A stretch of DNA of 64,000 nucleotides from Dipteris shenzhenensis (Eukaryota): the NCBI GenBank assembly GCA_047967505.1, contig CM106538.1; one strand, given 5' to 3'. Positions 37,295-50,900 of the stretch are shown piece after piece. The position numbers and the translations under genes were made by a program. Position 1 is the first letter of the stretch; each line of letters starts with the position of its first letter. The notes below the pieces were generated by a model, which made no database searches, was not told the origin of the DNA, and saw nothing but the letters and a program-made list of their open reading frames with translations.

Positions 37295-37530
37295 CAGCCA
37301 TTAGATCAAGGGGTAGATCCAAGGGAAGGGATGAGAGGAAAATGTGCTTCAATGTAGGCCATAGATCAAGGGGTGGATCCAAGGGAGGGGATGAGAGAAA
37401 AAAACACTTCAATCTAAGCCATAGATGAAGGGATGGATCCAAGGGAGGGGATAAGTGCAAAAGACACTTCAATATGGGACATAGATCAAGCATGGATCTA
37501 AGGGAGGAGGTGAGAGAAAATGGTGCTTCA
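37295..37530. repeat. Tandem repeat, 4 units of 60 bp
   Basis: TAGATCAAGGGGTGGATCCAAGGGAGGGGATGAG-like unit at a 60-bp period. Confidence 0.8.
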
Positions 37531-40500
37531 TCAATCCAGGACATCCAATATGGCACTTCAATCCGGTCCATCCATCTTCATCTTTTGATCGCCACCCTTT
37601 ATGAAGCGCCTCAATCCTAGCCCTTCATTAAGTGCCTCCATCTCCACCAAGATCATGAATAGATCCAATGGCCTAAAATGAAGCGCCTTACCCCTCTTTA
37701 TTAGGCCTTCCCCTTGTCAGATTTGGAGGCCACTAAAGTCAACCTCACACCATCCAAGGCATCCTAGGCCCTTGATCCATTCTCCATCCAAGGGCCAAGA
37801 TGACCCATGTCAGCTTAGTAAATGCTAGGGGTCCCTTATACCGTTGGGTTACCATAATAGGTCATTTTTTCCCAACTTATCTCTTCCTTAATATATTCCT
37901 TATGAGGCCCTTTTGAGACCTCAAACCTCCTTTGATTCAAAAGACAAAAGAGTGCCTAACTAGCTCCTCACGTAGCAATCTAAGCAAGAAGAAACCCCTT
38001 CCTAGAAATCTCGTTGTATACCCAACTGATGGTAAGTTACACTCATAGAGAAGGAAATACTCAAGCTCTCGCATTGAAGGTACCCTCCCCATAAAGAAAA
38101 GCTAGATACCACCCTTAACAAAATGTATGAGCTTAGGCTTGATGTCTGCAAGATCAACCTTACAAGAATTGGAATGTTTCCTACTGGTTTTGAACCAGGG
38201 TTTTTGGCTTTTTTTCTCGCTTTTTGCTCGACTTTCTCACCTGACAACTTCTCGACCAATTGACAAAATATAAAGAGGGGAGAGGAGAAGAGTGGAGATG
38301 AGGAGAGAAGGCACAGCTAGAGAGCACACCACAAATGACTAACTGTACACTAGATTTAGTTGAAAAAATAGAATATATACAAACCCATTCAGGGTTATGG
38401 GATCTAACCCTTTCCTTTATAGCACTCTATAAGGTTAGTGCTATGCACATATGATCACGTGATGGTGCTATGCACACATGATCACATGATGTTGAGCGTG
38501 AACTCTCAACACCTTCCCTCAAGATCAACATCATGAAGTAGGCCTTCCCTCAAGATGATGATTCCAGGGAATCAAAGAAGGATTGAGCATTCCATTCCAT
38601 CACACCCCTTTAATGGGAATGTCCTTCCTCTACATTAAGAGCTAGTCAGTGTTTCTCGAATAGCTCTTTACCGAGTGGTTTGGTAAAGATGTCTGCAACA
38701 TTCTCTTTGCTATCACAATGCTGTAGTGTGATGTCACAAGTAATACTCTTTCTCTGATGAAGTGCCCTCTAACATCAATGTGCTTTGTCTTGGAGTGATA
38801 TACTGGATCCTTGGCCAATGCTTGAGCCGATTGATTATCACAGTGTATTGTTGTTGGCTTTGCCTCATCAAGGTAATCTATTTCTGACAATAGTCTTCTG
38901 AGCTATATAGCCTCACATGCACCTGTAGTGAGTGCTCTTTATTCTGCTTCATCGAAGACAAAGAAATAGTTGGCTGTTTGTTTGACAACCATGATATAGC
39001 ACCTTGATCAAGGAAAAATGCATATCCCTGTTTCGATCTCCTGGTCTCATGATCTTTGGCATAGTCACTGTCACAGTATCCATGCAACTGTGGATGACTT
39101 CCTCTGTATTATATCCCAAATTGTCTTGTACCTTTGATGTATCTCAAGACTCTTTTGGCTACATTCTAGTGAGACTATTTTGGATTTGCCATAAACTGTG
39201 CTAGTGAGCTTATTGCATAACAAATATCTGGTCGTGTAATTGTCAGATATATAAGAGATCCGATGAGCTGCCTGTAGTACCTGTCATTGATTGTAGGCTT
39301 TTCTGAATCTTTAGTAAGTTTTAAACTCTGTTCCATGGAAGTGGCTGTAATCTTGCAATCTGCCATATGAAACTTCTTCAGGAGACTATCAACATACTTG
39401 AGCTGATATGACTCATGAACGTGCTATCGAAATTTCTCCAAAATTCAATTCCAAGACAATTGTGCATAATTCCAAGATCTTTCATGTCGAACTCTGCAGA
39501 TAAGTCTTGTTTCAATTTTTTGATGAACCTATCCTTGCTTCCTGTCACAATCAGATCATCTACATACAAAAGTGCACTAGTAATGTCTTCCCCTTGAACT
39601 TTGTAGTAGAGAGTATGATTTGCATTGGATTTCATGTATCCCAGATCAGCAAAATACTTATCAATTCTGTTGTACCAACTTCCAGGTGCTTGCTTTAAGC
39701 CATAGAAACTTTTATTAAGATGGCAAACCTTATTCTCCTTTCCTAGTTCAACATAACTTGTTGGTTGTTGCATGTAGACTTCCTCGTCTAGATAACCATT
39801 GAGAAATGCATTCTTGACATCGAGCTGATACACATTCCATCTGCTGAGTGTCGCTAGTGATATCAAGAACCATATGGAACCCATCTTTGCTATTGGAGCA
39901 CTCATCATAATCTTGACCATATTGCTGTGCAAATCCTTTTGCAACTAGTCTGGTTTTGTATCTTTGAATACTTCCATTTGGATTGCACTTCACTTTGTAT
40001 ACCCATTTGTTTGCTATTTCCTTCTTTCCTGGTGGAAGGTCGCATAATTCCCAAGTATTATTCTTATACAAAGCATCCATTTCTTCATTCATAGCAGTTT
40101 GCCATTCTGGCTTTTCTACTGCGTCTTCGAAGTACACTGGCTCTTCTGTAGCCATGATGATAGTCATAAGATAATAGTTGGTGGTTTCCACCTGAATTAC
40201 TTTGCCTTTCTGAGCATATGTCAATTTGGCTGGAGGTCTGCTTTCCCTAGTAGACCATCTGAGCTGCTGTGGCTCTGCTTGGGGTATTTCTGGCAATTCT
40301 TGCTCTTCTTCATCAACTTGTTCTATAGATGGCTGTGAAGTCGATGCTTCTATCTCCTGTGTAGGTGAGGTTTTCCATTCTGATTCCTCATCAAAGATTA
40401 CATCTTTGGAGATAATGACCTTGCGGTTGATGGGATCATATAATTTGTATGCTTTACTTTCTTCACTATAGGCAACCATGATGTGTTTGCCTGACTTTGC

Positions 40501-40977
40501 ATCCAATTTCCTGCGATGATCATCATGTATGTGAGCATATGCTATGCAACCAAATATGTGGAGATGACCAATGTGTGGCTTGTGTCCAGTAAATGCTTCA
40601 TAAGGAGTCATACCTTGTATCAGTTCGATAGGAAGTCGATTAAGCAAATAGTTTGCAGTGGCTATTGCTTCTGCCCAATATTGATTTGGAAGATGCTTTT
40701 CACTAAGCATTTCTCTAGCACTGTCTACTAAAGTCCCATTCTTCCTTTCAGCTCTTGCATTCTGCTGAGGAGTATCTGTACATGTGAATTGTCTTTGAAT
40801 GCCGTGATTTCTGCAAAAGTTCATGAATGATGAAGACATGTATTCACCTCCTCTATCTGATCTCATGACCTTGATATTTCAACCTGTCTGGTTTTCTACC
40901 ATGGCTTTGAATTTTTGAAATTTGGAAAACACTTCAGATTTCTCTTTCAAAATGTAGACCCAACAATATCTATTGTA

Positions 40978-43318
40978 TGTTGGAACACTGAAAGGAAAGA
41001 GTAGAGTTGACACAAAATCAGAGTACTTGCATATAGAATGAAGAAGAAAGAGGTCCTTAAGTAGGCACCTCATACAAGGTCACTGACATCATTGATGACC
41101 TCAAAGCTCCACAATCATCTCCTCAATCTGCTCCTAGATTCACTCAATCATCCTATGTGGCTTTTCCACCACCTAACTATGCTTGTGGGCACCTAACTGT
41201 GCCTCTAGCACTCACACATAGAAACATAAGGTGTGCCTGAGGCATACACCTTGAGATATCCCAACAAACCCCCCCTCAAGGAAATGCCTCAGGCTATGTC
41301 AAGGATACATCTAGTCTCATAGTTTCTCATGCCATCTCATGGTGGTCAAGGATAAATCTATGGCTAGGTTCTCATGCTAGCAAGGGTTTCCTTGGGTGTA
41401 AGGTAAACAGAAAGGGATACAAACAGACCTTCCAATGGTTATCTCCCCTACATGTACATGCACACAATGTCTGTAGGAGGTACCATGGAACAAACATACA
41501 CATGGCCTACATCATAAGGTGACCAGAGGTGTTTACAAAACACACAACACACAACACACAATAATTTATTTTCATTCATTTTGGAGGACTATCCAGGCTG
41601 AGTACCTTGACATAAAAAGAGAGATCTGGAGCATACATAGAGATGATTTAAAATGCATAATCTTCATGGGATGCCTCATCTTGTGGAGGCAAAATATCCA
41701 TGTCAAGGCAAGGTCTTACCACATGGGCAGTGTCTAGTGCCTTATAAGATGATGGTACTATGATAGAACAAGTGGATCTTAAAGTCATATCCTTCAAGAG
41801 AACAATTATCTTGTCATCTCCATAGTTGTGTAGAGAAGCATATCTGAGGTATCTGACCTTCATCTTTTTCTTGTACTTGGAGTCAAATAAAAGTTCCATG
41901 AGAGGGTAGATCTCTGTAGTTGCTTCCTTTTTGGCAACCATTGTTTTGGCAATCTTCAACAAGGAAGTCAGGTTGGCATTTTCATCCTTTGTAGCATAAC
42001 AAGACATTGCTTTATGTTTTGGCTTCTCACATATTTTCTATAAGCAAGCCATGAGAGGCTCTAACTCAAGTATTGGGTAGTGTCTTCTCTCTTACAAGGC
42101 AAAAAGAACTGAAATACTTCCAAAGTATAGGCACTTGATATAGCAAATAGTAGTGACTAGTTTTCAAACAATGATGCTACTTTTGCATGCTTCATAAGAG
42201 TGGATGAAATAAACACTTTCCAATCACAACCAGGTCTAGCAAGTCAAAACAAAACTGAAGCAACACTTATAGTGAAGTTATTGAAAACTTCAAATGACCA
42301 GAAATGCTAGAGTAGCATTTTATGTAGCATCATTTTCAAAAGTATGTCAAAACTGTCAAAACTAGAGAGCTGAACTTGGAGGGCTCATATCACACTCTTC
42401 AAAGCAAAAGAAAGGGGGCTTTCTGAGGCAAAAGAAAGCTGGTATACCACAGTAGATCCTCTGGGAAGAAGAGGCGAAAATATTCGTCAGGTCGCCTTCA
42501 TCTTCTTGAATAAAGTCGATTGGTTTTTCTCTATTTTCTCCTTCAATATGCAGTCATTGCTGCTCAGATTTCAGCACAAGGTAGCTCTAGGTATGAAGAA
42601 GCTTGCCCTGGAAGGAATTAGGAAAAGACAGAGCAGGCGCAGAGAACTTGCAGGAAGAAGGATCGACGATTTTCGCGCAATGGCGACCAGCAGCGCGGGT
42701 TATTCTCCAATTGCTTGCAGCCCGAAATTCACCCTAACAAGAGGGATCTCCAGCAGAAAGGGCGTGGGAAATGGTTGAGGATTGAAGGAGAACAAGCTCA
42801 AGCAAATTTTTGTGAGAAGAGGGAGAGGTGGTGAAGAAGAAGAAGATGATGATGATGATGATGTGGCAGAAATGGGCTCAAGGGGGATCAAATGGCTCTG
42901 ATACCATGTTGGAACACTGAAAGGAAAGAGTAGAGTTGACACAAAATCAGAGTACTTGCATATAGAATGAAGAAGAAAGAGGTCCTTAAGTAGGCACCTC
43001 ATACAAGGTCACTGACATCACTGATGACCTCAAAGCTCCACAATCATCTCCTCAATCTGCTCCTAGATTCACTCAATCATCCTATGTGGCTTTTCCACCA
43101 CCTAACTGTGCTTGTGGGCACCTAACTGTGCCTCTAGCACTCACACATAGAAACATAAGGTGTGCCTGAGGCATACACCTTGAGATATCCCAAAGTGAAT
43201 CATCCTATGTGGCTTTTCCACCACCTAACTGTGCTTGTGGGCACCTAACTGTGCCTCTAGCACTCACACATAGAAACATAAGGTGTGCCTGAGGCATACA
43301 CCTTGAGATATCCCAACA
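40978..43318 (-). mobile_element. Small non-autonomous LTR retroelement C (TRIM/LARD-like) nested in the integrase of B
   Basis: LTRs 40978-41266 and 42907-43318. TSD TTGTA. PBS tRNA-iMet at 42895-42906. PPT at 41267-41280. The 1.64-kb interior has no recognisable gag or pol. Confidence 0.92.
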
Positions 43319-44079
43319 TTGTAGTCGTCGATGAAAGTCAAGTAGTAAAGTGAACCATTGATGCTACGGGTCTGAGCATAACCCCATACATTTGTATGTA
43401 TCAAATCAAGAATACCTCGTGCACAAGAGGTCCTTCTGACAAAGTTGGTTCGCTTTTTTTTGCCGAACCAGCATGCAGCTTCGCAAACTTTTTCAAGAAA
43501 TTGTAGCTTCGGAACCCCAATTGCATATTCTCTGATTCCTAAGATCTAACAAGTACTTGAAGTTGACATGACCATATCTCTTGTGCCATTTTGTAGATAG
43601 TGGCATGTGTTGCGGTTGAGCTGACATGGCATGCTTATCTGGTACTATAGCTAGCATTCTATATAAGCGTCCTTCCTTGACACCTTTTGTTACTAGCTGA
43701 CATCTTTTGGATTTATCTCTAATAGTGCATTCATCACCGTCAAAGATGACTTTGTAATTGTGTTCTGTCATTTGACCTACTGACAAGAGGTTCTTGCTGA
43801 GCTTCAGAACATAGAGCACATCTTTCACTAATCCTTTCGTACCAGTGAAATTGTTCATAGGGATAACACCTGTCCCTTGAACTAGATTCGCTGTATTGTC
43901 TGCTATGTAGATGACATTTTTCTATCCTTCTAATGGCTTTATTTCTGTGAACCATTCTTGATGATTTATCATGTGAGATGATGCACCACTGTCAATGTGT
44001 CCTGTTCCACTTGGTCAACTTGATAGTTGTAATCCTCTTTGGGATTGAAATTAGTGTCTGGGTACACTATAGAGTTTGA

Positions 44080-45717
44080 TGGGGGGGTCAATTTCGTTGG
44101 AGGCTGGAGTTGTTGCAAAATCTCTCTCCCTTGAGAGCTCTCTCTCTCTCAAAAGAGATAGGATAGTCTCTATCTCAATTCTATTTCTCTCAAGCATGTA
44201 GAGCTCAAAAAGTTGGTTATTTTTCCTTTTGGAGCATGTGCAAATTCTTCTTGGATTGCAAGTTATGGCTTGTTGAAGTTTCTGTGAAGAAGAGGGCCTT
44301 TGATGATGTGGCATAGGGATTCACATGCTGAATTCCATACTGTGCTTACAAAGGGACTCTATGCTTAGGTGGCACTTTACCGTGTGGCAATCTTTAAACC
44401 CAAATAGGTTAACCCATGGTTACACTGACTTTACCATGGTCCACCTAAACTGAACCTAACTATAAACTTAACCACAGTTAGCTTTGACCACCTTATCTGC
44501 CACGTGGCATTTTGTGGTGAGACCTTGGAGAACATACATCATTGGAAAACTTTGAGGTTGCAGAGGTGCGACGACGATGACGGAGATGCATTGGCGACAG
44601 AGGGGGTATGAGAGGCTGTCGTGAAGGCAATGCAGTACTCTGGATCCAGGAGGCCATTGGCTTATTGCTATTTGTGTGTGGCTTAGGGGTTGTCGCTGCT
44701 CTTCGTTGGAGGCATCGGCTTGTTGGAGTCTACCGTGCAATCATTGCTGTCGATGGAGATTAGGAGCCAATTGAGCATGGGCTCGCGTCGTTTGGAGAAG
44801 GCTCGTTGGCTGTGGTAGAAGCAAAGAGCAAGTTGATGGAGAGTTTGGAGATATCTGTAGAGTAGGCACTACAGTCGCTGTGGATGGAGATAGTCACTGG
44901 CTATGTTGTAGAGTCTCCCTCCTGAGTTACTTGCTTCGGAGCCTTTGAAGACTCAGGTCTCTATCTTGATAGGATGCTGGCAGTGGATGAAGGATTGTGC
45001 TGCATTTGAAGCTTGAATGGGTTGAGCAGAGTAGAGCTTCTAGCTCTAGAGATGTAGGTTTCTCTCTCTCCCTCAATCCTATCTGTTGTCACAAGTAGCG
45101 GGGCTGAGCTCTTTGCCTAGAGCTTTGGATTCCTCAAAAAAATAGAACTATGTCTTTCTTTCTCTCCCACACTTGATGTATAGACTACCTCTTACACTTT
45201 CCCTATTTCTCTCAATAGGAGAACTCACAAGGAATCTCTCTCTCTCTCACAAGAAGAAGGAATAGAAACTCAAAGAGAAAACATGTGCTCCTAAGGCAAG
45301 CCTACAACTAAAACTAAAACTAACCTACGAGAAAACATGTGCTCCTAAGGCAAGCCTACAACTAATCTAAGAGGCTAGACCTAAGCTCTGATACCATGAT
45401 AAAACATGTACACCTCAGGATCTATGGAGCACTCTAAGGTGGATGGAACCTATGTGAAGACATGATGAAGAGAGTGCTCATGACATGTACCTCAAGTCAG
45501 GTTCCAAGATAGATTAGCTTGGACTCATAAAGAGAATCTTGAGATAGTGCAAAGTGCTTGATTGATATTACTTCAAATGAACCTCCCTTTTATAGGTGAG
45601 GGTACTTACATCCATTTGCTTGCTCACATATGGGATATCTCCTCCATGCCATGTGGTAGCTTGTCCTTTACTCATACCTTTGCTCTACATGTGCTCATGG
45701 CACCACAACTCTCAACA
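44080..45717 (-). mobile_element. Remnant of another LTR element D (5' LTR, PBS and leader) inserted in the 5' LTR of B
   Basis: TG..CA LTR at 45397-45717 that differs from the B LTR, with PBS gctctgatacca ending at 45396. The B LTR resumes at 45718 (aactgtacactag). Confidence 0.75.
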
Positions 45718-46249
45718 AACTGTACACTAGATTTAGTTGGAAAAATAGAATATATACAAACCCATTTAGGGTTAGGGTTAGGGGATCTAACATGTTGAGC
45801 ATGAACTCTCAACACCAATATGTCGTCTATATCAAAAAGCCATCAAAAAGTTGCTTTGCAAGGTGTTGGCATATGATGGAAGGCTAGCCTCGCTGTGGGA
45901 CTCATCTCCTACCTTCTTCTCACTTTGGGGGACTTGTGACTCTATTTGCTCAACTTTTTCTTCTATCGTGTCATCCTTTCCTACAACCATCTCTTCTTCT
46001 GTCTCTTCTTCTAGACCCTTGCACCATCTTGGGCACTTTGCCCTTTGAATCTCCTTTTGCACACTATCCGATGGCCCAGTGCTCATGCATAGGAAAGCTC
46101 AGCATGCCAAGAGAAGATAGAGCACTCATCATCTAAGGATACTAGACTTGATGTGATCATGTTTTGGCTTATAGCATGTTTGAGATTATGTGGAGGTTGT
46201 TTTGAGGTTAACAAATATGCATTGGTGGGACTCTAGCATATGTGTGCAT

Positions 46250-47230
46250 CCAATGGATATGATACTTTGTAGAGGCCTTAATGCAAGCAAGATTCAAGTG
46301 CTCTTAAAATTTTGATATGGGTTGGATATTCTATGTAGAGCAAGGTTCTATGATACTTTGCAAAGGCCTTAATGCGAGTAAGATTCATGTGCTCTTAAAT
46401 GGCTACTCTATGCATGGTTGGGCAGGCATGTTTCCTTATTTTTAACCAATGCGTCATGCATGAATAATGGTATAAAAAATATGCATTATTAGGCTTATAC
46501 CACATGTGTGTGTGTATTCTGTAGCTATGGTCATTTGCAGAGGCCTTCATGTGAGTAATATTTTTGTGCTCATAAATTTTGATGTGGATTGGATATCATT
46601 TGTATGGTTGGGCACATTTTTAGCCATGCATCATGCATAAGTGTTAAAAAATATGCATCCATGGGTTTCTACCCCATATGTATGAGTCTAATGGGTCTGA
46701 TACTTTGCATGTGAATAATAGTCATGTGCTCACAAATGTTTATGTGAGTTGGATATCACTTTCATATTTTCTTGTTTTTAACCATGCATCATGCATATGG
46801 TGTTAGGAAATATGAATTAGTGCGATTACACGTGTATATCCTTTGCATGGTTGGCCATTTATATTTCCTTTTCTAAAAACATGGATCATGCATAAGTATT
46901 AAAAAAATTCATTGATGGGTTGATACTTTATAGAGGCCTTAATGTGAGTAATGTTCATGTGCTAAAGGTTCTTTCTATGGATGAGATATCATTTTCATAT
47001 TTGGCATGCGTATTTCCTTATTTTTTACCACACATCATGAATGACTATTAAAAAATATACATTGGTGGCTGCCCATGCATTATACATGTATTGAGAAATA
47101 TATATTGATCAGTTTGTATGATAGTATCACTGTCTAGTATGATCCTTGTAGGGACCTTAATGTGAGTAAGATACATGGGTTCCAAATGTTTGAATGTGCA
47201 TCAACTATCATTTGCATGGTTGAGGATACA
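46250..47230. repeat. Degenerate AT/CATG-rich tandem repeat, about 6 units
   Basis: TGATACTTTGYAGAGGCCTTAATG..GTGCTC-like anchor at ~46260, 46351, 46530, 46698, 46921 and 47139. Confidence 0.6.
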
Positions 47231-47984
47231 CATCAGCTTTCTGATGTAGGAGATGACGAGGGGATGGAGTACATGATGGATTAAAATTTTGAAGGCATGG
47301 CTAAGCACATACATGTCATGTCTAAGTCCTAGAACATGATGAGGGAGTTCTAATCAATACACCTATATGAAGGTGTGCCTGTATCAAAGCTATGGGCTTG
47401 TCTTCTGATCCTTCATTTACAAATGATGTGTGGATGGTTAGATGCAAGTGTTTTTGGCATCGACGATGGCAAATGTTTCAGCTTGCTCACTTCCCTTGGT
47501 CACCGATTCTTCTTCTTATGTGTTCATCTTGAGCCTTCTTGTCTCAGATCCACTTGTCTTAGAGCTTAGTTGACATCTTGTCCTTGATTTTATTGGCTCT
47601 TTCATTCATGATTGTTTGATTCTCTTTCACCTCTCTAACTTCTCTAGCACGAACCAATTTGCATTCCCTAGCAAGATATCCAAATGTTAATGTTGAATGG
47701 TGGCAGTGTGCACTTGTGCTTTGGTTTATCTAGTGGCCCTTCATTTTGTTTGAGTGTGCAGGTGTCCACCCACATTGATAAATAAATCATCATCTAGGAA
47801 ATGAATAGCATGGGGCAAGGGGAAAATGCAAAATACAAACAATGAATGGAAAGAGAGAGGAAAAATAGAAGATATGCACACTAATGGAATCAAGCTTGTC
47901 GTGTTACTTGGCAAAAATAGGTAGTATGATATAAATGGCTTAAGGTGACAACCTACACACACAAGTTGCCTTGGTAGCAAGAAC

Positions 47985-50900
47985 CACTACAAGGCACAGG
48001 CCCTTTTTCGACGAAAATACTGACCTTTTTTACACTAAAAAGTTTTTTTTGACGGGTGCAAAAATGTCGCTATTAGCGTTGGAAAAGAATGGTCGCAATA
48101 TAAGCATCGCTATATAGTGACACTAATAAACGTCGCTATATAGTGACACTAGTAAACGTCACTATATAGTGACGATTAACAAAAGCTAAAAAAAAAACAT
48201 TAGTGGGGCTAAACAGGGCCACAGAAAGCCCTATTTTACCCCACTAACGTTTTTTCAAAAGAATGTTGTTTGTTACAAAATTTCCTTTGTTAAAAGGGTG
48301 ATACAAAATCGCTCAAACGAGCCGAGCGATAGAAGCATATACATGTCAAAGATATACAACATTGTTTGTTACAAAATTACCCTTTCGAAAGAGAGGGAAA
48401 AAAAGAAAAACGGGAAAAAAAAGAAAACGAGAGAAAGCATATGCTTATGAAAAGAAGAGAAAAGAAAATGAAAGAGAGGAAATAAGAGAGGGAAAAAGAA
48501 GAGAAAGAATAGAAAGGAAGAGGGGAAAAGAGAAGGAAAAAAGAGAGGGGAAAAGCATATTAGCATATGCTCATGAATAAGCATAAGCATATGAGCATAA
48601 GCATAGGCAAATGCATATGCTCAAGAAAAGAATAGAAGAGAGGATGAAAGAGAGGAAATAAGAGAGGGGAAAAGAAGAGAAGGAAGAGAAAGGAAGATGA
48701 GAAAAGAGAAGGAAAAAGAGAGGGGAAAAGCATATGAGCATATGAGCATATGCTCATGCATAAGCATAAGCATATGAGCATAAACATAGGCAAATGCATA
48801 TGCTTATGAAAAGAAGAGAAAAGAGGATGAAAGAGAGGAAATAAGATAAGGGAAAAGAAGAGAAGGAAGAGGGGGAAAAAGAATGAAAAAAGAGAGGGGA
48901 AAAGAGCATAAGCATAAGAGAAGGAAAAAGAAGAGGGAAAAATAAGAAAATAGAGGAGAAAAGAAAAAAACTGGAGAAAGAGAGAAAGCATATGCTTATG
49001 CTTATGCATGAGCATATGAGCATATGCTCATGCATAAGCATAAGCTTATAAGAGAGATATATAGACAAATGAATATGCTTATGAAAAGAAGAGAAAAGAG
49101 GATGAAAGAGAGGAAATAAGAGAGGGGAAAAGCAGAGAAAGAAGAGAAAGAAAGAGGGGAAAAGAGAAGGAAAAAAGAGAGGGGAAAAGAAGAAAAGAGA
49201 GAAAAAAAGAGAAAGAATATGCTTATGCTTATGCATGAGCATATGAGCATATGCTCATGCATAAGCATAGGCAAATGCATATGCTTATGAAAAGAGGAGA
49301 AAAGATGATGAAAGAGAGGAAATAAGAGAGGGGAAAAGAAGAGAAAGAAGAGGGAAAAAGAGAAGAAAAAAGAGAGGGGAAAACCATATGAGCATATGAG
49401 CATATGCTCATACATAAGAATAAGCATATGAGCATAAGCATAGGCAAATGCATATGCTTATGAAAAGAAGAGAAAAGAGGATGAAAGAGAGGAAATAAGA
49501 GAGGGGAAAAGAAGAGAAGGAAGAGAAAGGAAGAGGGGAAAAGAGAATGAAAAAAGACAGGGGAAAAGAAGAAAAGAGAGGAAGAAGAGGAAATAAGAGA
49601 GGGAGGAAAATAGGGGGAAAAGAGGGAGGAAAAGAGGAAAAGAGGGAAAACAAAAAAAGGAAAAAAGAAGAAGCACTTTCAGTGTTTCGTGGACTGGCCT
49701 TACAAAAGAGAGGAAACATACCATTTTTTAGATAACTAGTTAGAGGAAGGTGTAGTTTGGAGAAGCAAATTTCCAAAGGGATTGGATTGAGGAGACAAGC
49801 ATAAGCCTACAAACAAGGAGAAAGCACGAAAGGAAGCAAAAGAGGAGGAAGAGAAATACCAAAAAGAGAAGAGAAAATCTCGTTTTTTGTCCTTAATCTC
49901 TGAAAATCAAGCATGAAAGCTAGCACATAGGCTTAGCAATGCAAGGAGAAACATGCTTCAACTCTCACAAAATGAAATCTCACAAAAAATGGACCTACAT
50001 TGCTTAAAGAGACACACCTTCTTGAAAAACTTCCTTTCACATAAGTAGAGAGGGAGAAGGGTGGAGAGAGAGCACAAGTGTCAATGGGAGAGGGACTTGG
50101 TAGGGGTGAGGAGTGTGGGGAATAGAGGAGGAAAGCGAGGTCACCAAAAAGAGGAGGAAAGTGTGGGAGGAGAGATTTTTGCTTTTCTTGTAATAGAGTT
50201 GTGAAAGACGGTGTCGCGTGGCGTTTTGGGTTTTAGTCTCCCAGCATCGCTATATAACGACACTTATACCCTAAAAGAATTGCTATATAGCGACACTCAT
50301 ACCCTAAAAGTATCACTATATAGCGACACTTAACCCTAAAAGTCGCTATATAGTGACCTTTAACCTTAAAAGTGTCAGTTCAAGGCACTTGATCTAAGAA
50401 GAGAGGGAAGGAGCTCATGGGTGGCTATTTTTTGGATCTTAATGGATTTCCTTGCATTTTGTGTTGTGACTTTGGAGGTGTGCAGATGGAAGGGACAAGT
50501 GAAAGCTTGTCAGATGATGCGCTAATGCTCGGGAGTGCAGAGTGGCTTACGGAGAGGTTGTATTGTCATTGCACTCATTGCAAGCAAGAAGTACGACATC
50601 AATGCCCTATTGTCATGTGCCACTTGAGGATGTATGGGGAGGAGCCCAAACCAGTACCCACCATTGGTGGTGCACATGGTGATGGATCATTGAAAAGTCA
50701 ATGCTATTTGAGTTCATGATTAATATTGCATGCATACACGACACGAAATCTTGAGACAAGATCTTATATTTACACGAAACCTTGAGACAAGATGAGGAGG
50801 GTGGTGTGCATATACCTTCACACTACCAATGTGGATATGAAGATAGAGATCATGTGGATATGGAGATGCCACTACCAATGCTGGATCCAATTGATCCAGA

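Larger units (their letters stand above)
38261..45814 (-). mobile_element. Ty1/copia LTR retrotransposon B (older copy of the family of A), with nested insertions and loss of gag
   Basis: 3' LTR 38261-38511 and 5' LTR remnant 45718-45814 are similar to the LTRs of A. TSD CCAAT. Decayed pol at 38600-40972 and 43324-~44070, collinear and not inverted. Confidence 0.92.

Noticed and set aside
48362-49776. Phe/Ser/Leu-rich ORFs and a CRISPR-like repeat-spacer appearance
   Set aside because: Low-complexity satellite. The spacers are related GA tracts of variable length, there are no cas genes, and the context is eukaryotic.
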